A stretch of 34,283 nucleotides of DNA, taken from the sequence record SRR22947725_847; one strand, written 5' to 3'. Below the pieces are notes generated by a model. That model did no database searches. It saw nothing but the letters and a program-made list of their open reading frames with translations, and was not told the DNA's origin. The translations under genes and the position numbers were made by a program. Shown here one piece after another: positions 24,933 through 32,863 of this stretch. The stretch's first letter is position 1. Every line of letters starts with the position of its first letter.

Positions 24933-26938
24933 AAAAGATTTTATTATTCAATATCCCCATTGTTATTTTGGCTTTTGTCGCCGGAATGCTTTTTAAAGGC
25001 AGCTCCAAACCAATTCGCACGGATGGTTTAACAGAGCATGCAAGTCACAGTAATGTTGCTTTTTATACATGTTCGATGCACCCGTCTGTTAAATTACAGG
25101 ATCCAAATGCCAAGTGCCCCATCTGTGCCATGGATCTTATTCCTGTCACATCCGGGACCGATGATTTGGCGGGATTTCCTTCGTTATCGCTTTCTCCAAG
25201 AGCCATAAAATTGGCTGAAATCGAGACAACCGCTGTCGAACGTAAGTTTGTTGAAACGGAGATTAGGATGGTGGGTAAAGTGGAATATGATGAAACACGA
25301 CTGTCCTACATCACCGCTTGGGTGCCTGGACGTCTTGATCGGCTTTATGTCGATTACACTGGAGTAGCGGTCAACAGGGGAGATCACCTTGTAGATTTAT
25401 ATAGTCCTGATTTATTGTCGGCACAGGAAGAATTGCTACAGGCTATCCAAACATCTGAATCTTTGAAGGCTAGTGAAAGCAATTTTCTGAAAAGTAAATC
25501 CTTGGCCAATATTGAATCTACCAAGGAGAAACTGCGATTATGGGGTTTATCTGAAGATCAGATTTCAGCCATCGAAGAGAGTGGAACTTCCTCGGATCAT
25601 ATCACCATCAATTCACCGATTAGTGGCATAGTCGTTCACAAGGATGCCTTGGAGGGGATGTATGTTAAAACCGGTAATCGGGTTTACACCATTGCAGATT
25701 TATCCAAAGTATGGGTCAAGCTCGACGCATATGAATCTGATCTTCCGTGGTTGCATTATGGACAAGCCGTCGAGTTTCGAACCGAAGCTTATCCTGGTCA
25801 GGTGTTCAAAGGTCAAATTGCGTTCATTGATCCCATTCTCAATTCCAGCACTCGCACGGTGAAGATTAGGGTCAACCTTCCTAATCCCGACGGTAAACTC
25901 AAGCCAGACATGTTTGTTCGTGCCACTGTTAAGTCGCGAGTTGCAAAAGGAGGGCGTGTCATGAATCCTGATTTAATGGGGAAATGGATTAGCCCCATGC
26001 ATCCTGAAATTGTTAAAAATGAGCCTGGTAGCTGTGATATATGTGGCATGGATTTAGTGAGCGCCGAATCGATGGGATATGTTTCTGCTGATCATTTGGA
26101 GGAAGAAGCTCCTTTGGTGATTCCTGCATCGGCACCCTTAATCACTGGAAAACGTGCGGTGGTTTATCTCTCAACCAAACCCGGCCATTTTGAGGGGAGG
26201 GTAGTGGAGCTTGGGCCCAGGGCAGGTGATTATTATATTGTGTTCGATGGTTTGGAGGAAGGTGAGCAAATTGTTAGCAGAGGTAGTTTCAAGATCGACA
26301 GCGCAGTTCAAATCCAAGCCAAACCCAGTATGATGAATCCAGAAGGGGGAGAAGGCTCCATGCCTCATCATGATCATTCCAGTCATGCTCAAGGGATATC
26401 GGACGATAACCAACTAGAATCAAACCCTCCAGTCGTTTCTATATTCGATGTTCCTGATGCTTGGACTCAATCATTGAAACTAATGTTGAACGACTATCTT
26501 GAACTTCAATCTTCCTTAAGCCGCGACAGCATAGAAAAAAGTCAAGAACACATAACCTCATTGAAACATCAACTTATTACAACGGAGGAAGGCGTGCTTG
26601 ACGAAGAAGGTGAGTCTTTTTGGGATGGTCATGTCAATTTGATGAATGCTGCATTGGTGCGTATGGATAAGGCGCCTGATATTCAAAACGCGCGTGAGGT
26701 TTTTTTGGAATTGTCCAACGCGCTGGTCCCAATGCTGAAACAATTTGGAAGTGGCCTGAAACAAGAGATACTCATTTACCACTGTCCTATGGCATTCAGG
26801 GGAAAGGGTGGCGATTGGATTCAAAACAAGTCAGGGATTGAGAATCCTTACTTTGGCAGCTCAATGTTTACCTGTGGTGAGCTAAAGGAGCGCCTGACTC
26901 TGACATCAGAAAAGGGGGGCGATCTTCTCCATGAGTAA
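24929..26938 (+). CDS. cusB: CusB-type periplasmic adaptor with two heavy-metal-binding domains and a C-terminal DUF3347-like domain
   Basis: YTCSMHP...CPICAMDL, GRLDRLYV, YSPDLLSAQEE, TRTVKIR and LKPDMF. Second domain WISPMHP...CDICGMDL, a His-rich linker, and YHCPMA...W...NPYFGSSMFTCG. ATGA overlap with cusC. Confidence 0.9.
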   Translation: MKKILLFNIPIVILAFVAGMLFKGSSKPIRTDGLTEHASHSNVAFYTCSMHPSVKLQDPNAKCPICAMDLIPVTSGTDDLAGFPSLSLSPRAIKLAEIETTAVERKFVETEIRMVGKVEYDETRLSYITAWVPGRLDRLYVDYTGVAVNRGDHLVDLYSPDLLSAQEELLQAIQTSESLKASESNFLKSKSLANIESTKEKLRLWGLSEDQISAIEESGTSSDHITINSPISGIVVHKDALEGMYVKTGNRVYTIADLSKVWVKLDAYESDLPWLHYGQAVEFRTEAYPGQVFKGQIAFIDPILNSSTRTVKIRVNLPNPDGKLKPDMFVRATVKSRVAKGGRVMNPDLMGKWISPMHPEIVKNEPGSCDICGMDLVSAESMGYVSADHLEEEAPLVIPASAPLITGKRAVVYLSTKPGHFEGRVVELGPRAGDYYIVFDGLEEGEQIVSRGSFKIDSAVQIQAKPSMMNPEGGEGSMPHHDHSSHAQGISDDNQLESNPPVVSIFDVPDAWTQSLKLMLNDYLELQSSLSRDSIEKSQEHITSLKHQLITTEEGVLDEEGESFWDGHVNLMNAALVRMDKAPDIQNAREVFLELSNALVPMLKQFGSGLKQEILIYHCPMAFRGKGGDWIQNKSGIENPYFGSSMFTCGELKERLTLTSEKGGDLLHE

Positions 26939-29900
26939 ATCGACTCAAGAAAACCTAGGGCCTTTGGGAATGCTCATCGAATTTTGTTTACGCAATAAAT
27001 TGGTGGTCATTCTTGGTGTTTTCTTTTGTATCACATGGGGATTGTTGGTTGCACCTTTCGATTGGGAATTAGGTGATCTGCCAAGAGATCCTTTACCGGT
27101 GGATGCGATTCCGGACATTGGAGAAAATCAGCAAATTGTATTTACTGAATGGATGGGGCGATCTCCTCAGGATGTTGAAGAACAGATTACCTATCCTTTG
27201 ACGGTTTCACTTCTGGGCGTGCCTGGGGTGAATACGGTTCGAAGCTACTCCATGTTTGGCTTCTCCACAATTTACATCATTTTCAAAGATAACATCGATT
27301 TCTATTGGTCTCGATCAAGAGTGCTGGAGAAATTAAACAGCCTTCCTTCTGGGGGTCTACCCTCCGGTGTTCAACCTACTTTGGGGCCAGATGCAACGGC
27401 ATTAGGACAGGTCTTTTGGTACACTTTGGAAGGCCTGGATGAGTCAGGGAATCCAACTGGAGGTTGGGATTTAGATGAATTGCGCTCGGTTCAAGATTGG
27501 CAGATTCGTTATGCGTTGCTTTCGGCTGAAGGTGTCAGTGAGGTAGCTTCCGTCGGAGGGTATGTAAGAGAGTATCAAATTGATGTGGATCCAGATGCCA
27601 TGCGCGCATTCGACGTTAGTTTGGAAGATGTTTTCATGGCAGTCAAGATGGCCAACGTAGATGTGGGGGCCAGAACGATTGAAGTCAATCAGGTGGAATA
27701 TGTCATTCGCGGTGTTGGGTTCATTAAATCGTTGAAAGATATTGAGAACAGCGTGATCAAGGTAAATGACAATGTGCCCGTTTATGTGAAAAATGTGGCA
27801 AACGTGGTCCATGGTCCCGCCCTCCGTCGGGGAGCACTTGATAAGGAAGGTGCCGAAGCTGTCGGCGGGGTAGTTGTCGTTCGATACGGGGAGAATCCGC
27901 TTCAGGTTATTCAGAATATAAAATCCAAAATTGCGGAACTAACACCGGGGCTTCCCCAAAAAACCTTGGCTGATGGGACTGTGAGTCGGCTGGCCATTGT
28001 GCCCTTTTACGATCGTACGGGTTTAATCAATGAAACGTTGGAAACACTCAACGACGCCCTCTCCGAAGAGATCCTGGTCACCATCATCGTGGTGCTTGTC
28101 ATGGTCATGCATTTCCGTAGTTCCATGCTCATTGCTGGTTTGCTTCCATTATCGGTGCTCATTTGTTTCAGTGCCATGAAAGTAGTGGGTGTGGACGCCA
28201 ATATTGTGGCATTATCAGGCATCGCGATTGCCATCGGAACCATGGTCGATATGGGGATTGTGATTTCTGAAAACATTCTCAAACATCTGGACGACGCCCA
28301 GCCCTGTGAGGATACATTACAGGTCGTTTTGAGAGCTTCCAAAGAAGTTGGAAGTGCCGTGCTGACTGCCGTAGCGACGACCGTGATCAGCTTTCTACCG
28401 GTGTTTACCATGGAGGCTGCTGAAGGAAAGCTATTCACGCCACTTGCCTGGACCAAAACTTTTGCATTGATGGCTTCTGTGTTGGTTGCCATCTGCGTGA
28501 TCCCACCGTTTGCTCACACTTTATTTGCCGGCAAAATCAAAGGTAAAACCTTAAAGAAAATCGTGTTCGGATTAGTCTTCATCACTGGTGCAGGTTTAGG
28601 TGTAACATGGGTGATCGGATACTTAAAGGGAACCTCTCCTCACATGCTCTGGGGACTGCTTGGCATCGTTTTATTAACCACCAGTGGTTATCGCATGATG
28701 GAGCATCGTTTGCCTGAATCATTCACAAAGCACATGCCTCGTGTATTCAATTATTTGGCAGTCATGATGGTTGGCTATTTTCTCGCAAAGCATTGGTTAC
28801 CATTGGGCCTGGAGCAGGGGGTTTTGCTTAATTGCATCTTTGTGGGTACGATGATCGGGGGGATATTATCCATTGTTCATTTGTTTCTCAAATATTACGG
28901 TTCAATGTTGGAATGGTGTTTGGGACATCGCCTGATCTTTATGTTATTGCCCTTGGTTCTTGTCATGCTGGGAGGGATGTCCTGGTTAGGATTCAATGGT
29001 TTATTTGGTTGGTTGCCCAACGGAGTGCGAAGCATTACCCCCTTGGCTCACGCGCAGCACTTGTTTCCTGGGTTAGGTAAGGAATTCATGCCTTCGCTGG
29101 ACGAGGGCTCTTACCTATATATGCCATCAACCATGCCTCATGCGTCGATTGGTGAATCCATGGACGCCATGCGTAAGCAGGACATGGCGATTCGTCAAAT
29201 CCCCGAAATAGAAAGTGTGGTGGGTAAACTGGGGCGAGCGGAAACTCCGCTTGATCCCGCACCTATTTCCATGGTGGAAACCATCGTTAATTTCTTGCCT
29301 GAATACATCACGGATGAACAGGGACATCCCCTATCATTCAGATACGATTCACAACAAAACGATTACTTCCGCGATCGTCAGGGGCATGCTGTCAATGCGC
29401 CCGATGGTCAGCCTTATTACGTGTCGGGAAAATTTGAAAGAGATGGGGCAGGAGAATTGATTGACGATAAACACGGCAGGCCTTTTCGCCTATGGAGAGC
29501 AGCATTAAATCCTGAGATGAATGAAGGTCGTGATTTTTGGAACGGTATTGAGAATTCGGAAGATATTTGGAATGCCATTGTTCAAGCAGCCAAGATTCCG
29601 GGGTCTACTTCTGCACCTAAACTGCAGCCCATTGCTGCGAGAATTGTGATGCTTCAGAGTGGCATGCGTGCTCCGATGGGGATCAAGGTCAAGGGACCCG
29701 ATTTGGAAACGATCGAACGGGTTGGGTTGGGATTAGAGCAGCTGCTCAAAGAGGTTCCATCGATTGAACCTTCCACTGTTTTTTCTGATCGTATTGTTGG
29801 GAAACCCTATTTGGAAATTGTGATCGATCGTGAGGCTATTGCAAGATACGGCATTCAATTGGCTCGGGTGCAAGAGGTGATTGAAGTGGGTATCGGCGGG

Positions 29901-30971
29901 AAACGCATCACGACAACCGTGGAAGGTCGTGAGAGGTATCCAGTGCGCGTGCGATATCTTCGTGAGCTGCGTGATCAGATTGAATCACTTGGCCGCATCC
30001 TGGTTCCCGCTCCGAATGGAAATCAAATACCATTGGGGCAATTAGCAAATATCGAGTATTTGCGTGGTCCTCAAAGTATCAAGAGTGAGGATACATTCTT
30101 AATTGGGTATGTCCTCTTTGATAAGAAACCCGGGTACGCCGAAGTGGAAGTGGTGGAGGTTGCCGATGCCTTTCTGCAAAGCAAGATCACTGACGGTACT
30201 CTGGAAATTCCGGATGGTGTCAGTTTTACTTTTGCAGGAAGTTATGAAAATCAGGTGCGATCCGAAAAGCGCTTGATGGTTGTCCTTCCTCTGGCCTTGT
30301 TAGCCATCTTTCTGATTCTTTACCTTCAATTTCGTTCTACTGCGAATGCAATGCTCGTTTTCTCCGGAATCATTGTGGCGTGGGCCGGCGGCTTCTTGAT
30401 GCTGTGGTTTTATGGTCAGGATTGGTTTCTTAATTTCTCGTTGTTTGGTTTTAATTTTCGAGAGCTGTTTCAAGTTCGCCCCTTCAATTTAAGTGTCGCC
30501 GTATGGGTAGGTTTTCTTGCCTTGTTCGGGATCGCATCCGATAACGGTGTTATCATGGCCACTTACCTGGATCAAAAGTTTCGAGGGTTAAAGGATATGT
30601 CCATTACAGATATACGCCTCGCCACTATCGAGGCAGGTGTCAGACGAGCACGTCCTTGTATGATGACAACCGCCACCACCGTATTGGCGTTGATCCCTAT
30701 CCTGACCTCAACCGGGCGCGGATCAGATATCATGGTGCCCATGGCGATACCTTCCTTTGGTGGCATGCTGGTGGTGGTTATCAGTATTTTTGTCGTACCC
30801 GTTCTTTACTGCTCAATGAAGGAATTTACACACCGAACAAAGATGCATGCAGATACCGGAGCCTTCTTGTCTGCCGCCACCTTGTTCATTCTGCCATTGT
30901 TGTACTGTGGTTTGTTGGAATGGAAGAATCAGGGATTGAGTCAAGACAGTAAGAGAGATCAAAGGGAGTGA
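26931..30971 (+). CDS. cusA: CusA/SilA-type Cu(I)/Ag(I) efflux RND permease (1346 aa, expanded)
   Basis: DAIPDIGENQ, GRSPQDVEEQITYPL, LGPDAT and TM4 AIAIGTMVD. All three CusA metal-site Met are present (LYMP M731, PISMVE M781, RIVMLQ M907). Also RERYPVRVRY. Confidence 0.93.
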   Translation: MSKSTQENLGPLGMLIEFCLRNKLVVILGVFFCITWGLLVAPFDWELGDLPRDPLPVDAIPDIGENQQIVFTEWMGRSPQDVEEQITYPLTVSLLGVPGVNTVRSYSMFGFSTIYIIFKDNIDFYWSRSRVLEKLNSLPSGGLPSGVQPTLGPDATALGQVFWYTLEGLDESGNPTGGWDLDELRSVQDWQIRYALLSAEGVSEVASVGGYVREYQIDVDPDAMRAFDVSLEDVFMAVKMANVDVGARTIEVNQVEYVIRGVGFIKSLKDIENSVIKVNDNVPVYVKNVANVVHGPALRRGALDKEGAEAVGGVVVVRYGENPLQVIQNIKSKIAELTPGLPQKTLADGTVSRLAIVPFYDRTGLINETLETLNDALSEEILVTIIVVLVMVMHFRSSMLIAGLLPLSVLICFSAMKVVGVDANIVALSGIAIAIGTMVDMGIVISENILKHLDDAQPCEDTLQVVLRASKEVGSAVLTAVATTVISFLPVFTMEAAEGKLFTPLAWTKTFALMASVLVAICVIPPFAHTLFAGKIKGKTLKKIVFGLVFITGAGLGVTWVIGYLKGTSPHMLWGLLGIVLLTTSGYRMMEHRLPESFTKHMPRVFNYLAVMMVGYFLAKHWLPLGLEQGVLLNCIFVGTMIGGILSIVHLFLKYYGSMLEWCLGHRLIFMLLPLVLVMLGGMSWLGFNGLFGWLPNGVRSITPLAHAQHLFPGLGKEFMPSLDEGSYLYMPSTMPHASIGESMDAMRKQDMAIRQIPEIESVVGKLGRAETPLDPAPISMVETIVNFLPEYITDEQGHPLSFRYDSQQNDYFRDRQGHAVNAPDGQPYYVSGKFERDGAGELIDDKHGRPFRLWRAALNPEMNEGRDFWNGIENSEDIWNAIVQAAKIPGSTSAPKLQPIAARIVMLQSGMRAPMGIKVKGPDLETIERVGLGLEQLLKEVPSIEPSTVFSDRIVGKPYLEIVIDREAIARYGIQLARVQEVIEVGIGGKRITTTVEGRERYPVRVRYLRELRDQIESLGRILVPAPNGNQIPLGQLANIEYLRGPQSIKSEDTFLIGYVLFDKKPGYAEVEVVEVADAFLQSKITDGTLEIPDGVSFTFAGSYENQVRSEKRLMVVLPLALLAIFLILYLQFRSTANAMLVFSGIIVAWAGGFLMLWFYGQDWFLNFSLFGFNFRELFQVRPFNLSVAVWVGFLALFGIASDNGVIMATYLDQKFRGLKDMSITDIRLATIEAGVRRARPCMMTTATTVLALIPILTSTGRGSDIMVPMAIPSFGGMLVVVISIFVVPVLYCSMKEFTHRTKMHADTGAFLSAATLFILPLLYCGLLEWKNQGLSQDSKRDQRE

Positions 30972-31007
30972 TTTGAGCCAGAGAAAGACATTCTCAAAGG
31001 GTTTCCA

Positions 31008-31097
31008 TTTGGTAGGGCCGCGTTGCGGCGCGGCCATAACGCATTCAACTGTATCTGGCACAGATAAATTCTTGAATGCGCGCGTGGCCCTACCAAA
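31008..31097. repeat. REP/REPIN-like long inverted repeat (GTAG family)
   Basis: TTTGGTAGGGCCGCG (31008-31022) pairs with CGTGGCCCTACCAAA (31083-31097) at 14/15. Inner stems CGCATTCAA/TTGAATGCG and TATCTG/CAGATA. The left copy reads GTAG + GGCCGCG-N6-CGCGGCC. Confidence 0.65.
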
Positions 31098-31168
31098 CAG
31101 GATCTTTCCTTTCGGTTTGAAACACTCCTTCAATCAGAGGAATACTTCATGATTTCTAATTTAAAATT

Positions 31169-31195
31169 CTGCGATCTTCGTGATCTCCGTGATTA
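31169..31195. repeat. Degenerate 3 x 9-nt tandem repeat
   Basis: CTGCGATCT / TCGTGATCT / CCGTGATTA embedded in AT-rich intergenic DNA. Confidence 0.45.
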
Positions 31196-31273
31196 ATTCT
31201 CTCATCACACTCGCAAAATAAAATTACCACAACATCACAAACCCTGAAGTTTAAGCTTGTCAAATCCCGCAGG

Positions 31274-32671
31274 ATGCAGAGTTTTCCTCCTCTGAAAACG
31301 AACGAACAAGATCAGCAGTTATCCAATGACAAAGGGTGGATGGCTCCCAACTTCCCTTGGGAACCACGACGCTTTCCAATCTTTTACGGTTGGGTCATCG
31401 TGTTTGGTGCCACTGTGGGGACTCTATTCACGATCCCTGGTCAAACGATGGGTTTCAGTGTTTTCACTGATATTCTCATGAAGGAACTTGGTTTGTCCCG
31501 TGTGGCCTTGAGTCTAGCCTATTGTATTGGCACCGTAGCCAGTGGTCTGATGCTGCCCTGGATGGGGCGCTTGCTTGATCGATGGGGAGATCGGCAGATG
31601 ACGGTTGTCGCAACGGCAGCTACGGGTGCGGTTTTGTTTTACCTGAGCGTAGTGGCTGATTTGAGTCGCTTGCTCTCACAGATGTTTTCTGAGCGCTGGC
31701 AGACGGCATGTTCTTTTGCATGCATTGGTTTCGGTTTTTTCATGATACGCATCTCAGCTCAGGGGGTATTGTCGATGACTTGCCGGAATGTGATGGGTAA
31801 ATGGTTTGATGTCAAAAGGGGGATGGCACTTGCCTTCAGTGGCGTCTTCGTATCATTCGGGTTTTCCCTTGCTCCTCGCTGGCTGAATCACTGGGTCGAA
31901 CAATATGGATATGAAGGTACCTGGAGATTGATCGGTTTTTCAACGCTGGCTATCATGGGGCCTCTGGGTTGGCTGATCTTCCGAGATAGACCTGAGGATT
32001 GCGGGCTGATGATGGACGGCGTCACGCAAAAAGCAGAAACCTCCACTAACATGGACATGGTCATTCATCATGATTTTACACTGAAGGAAACCCTCCAGAC
32101 CTTCTCCTTTTGGTTGTTTAATCTATCCTTTGCTTTCTACGCCATGTTTGCAACGGCTTTTACTTTTCATATTCTTTCCATCGGTTCTGAATTTGGCTTC
32201 AATAAAGAACGGATTTTGACTTTGTTCGTCCCCATGGCCGTGATCAGTGTCGTCACGAATTTCAGCTTCGGCTGGATCAATACCAAAATGCGATTGAAGT
32301 ATTTGCTCATGCTGATGAACCTCGGAGGGCTTGCAGGAGTTTTTGGGCTTTATCAATTGACCCACAACTGGGGTGTTATTGCCTATGTGGTTGGCAATGG
32401 AATTGCAGGTGGTGGCTTTGTCAGTCTTTCGGGTATCATATGGCCAAGGTTTTTTGGTCGCTTATGGTTAGGTTCGATCAGTGGAATCAACATGTCCACC
32501 ATGGTCATTGCAAGCGGTATGGGGCCTTTGATTTTTGGTTGGAGTGAACAAATGGGAGGTTCCTACCGCCCGATTTTACTACTGAGCATGATCATCCCAC
32601 TTGCACTCGCCATTCTCAGCTTCTGGGCTGATAATCCTCAAAGAAAACTGGGTGACACACTTAGCAGTTAA
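31274..32671 (+). CDS. Major facilitator superfamily transporter (OFA/MCT-like)
   Basis: IFYGWVIV, motif A GRLLDRWGDR, KWFDVKRGMA, RDRPEDCGL and RFFGR. About 12 hydrophobic segments. Confidence 0.9.
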   Translation: MQSFPPLKTNEQDQQLSNDKGWMAPNFPWEPRRFPIFYGWVIVFGATVGTLFTIPGQTMGFSVFTDILMKELGLSRVALSLAYCIGTVASGLMLPWMGRLLDRWGDRQMTVVATAATGAVLFYLSVVADLSRLLSQMFSERWQTACSFACIGFGFFMIRISAQGVLSMTCRNVMGKWFDVKRGMALAFSGVFVSFGFSLAPRWLNHWVEQYGYEGTWRLIGFSTLAIMGPLGWLIFRDRPEDCGLMMDGVTQKAETSTNMDMVIHHDFTLKETLQTFSFWLFNLSFAFYAMFATAFTFHILSIGSEFGFNKERILTLFVPMAVISVVTNFSFGWINTKMRLKYLLMLMNLGGLAGVFGLYQLTHNWGVIAYVVGNGIAGGGFVSLSGIIWPRFFGRLWLGSISGINMSTMVIASGMGPLIFGWSEQMGGSYRPILLLSMIIPLALAILSFWADNPQRKLGDTLSS

Positions 32672-32863
32672 AACGGGTTGATCAGGCGAAATTTGTTCTA
32701 CTCCGCTGCCTAACCATGTAAGCTCTCCGCATCCACTTAATTCTGCCCTCGATTTATTGGTGGATTTGTGGGCAGGATGCATTGTATGCAGATAATATAG
32801 CCACCTTTGAGAGTCTTGGGTGACAATTCTAAAAGTCATCTTGAGCAAAAGCAGAAAACAAAA

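Noticed and set aside
30813-31133. 106-aa minus-strand ORF after cusA
   Set aside because: It overlaps the cusA 3' end and runs through the inverted repeat, with no protein features.
32729-32790. Competing short stems (ATTCTGCCC/GGGCAGGAT, ATCCAC/GTGGAT, TGCAT/ATGCA) upstream of the last gene, as a possible riboswitch
   Set aside because: No known aptamer consensus or terminator was recognised, and the stems are short enough to arise by chance. An Rfam scan would settle it.
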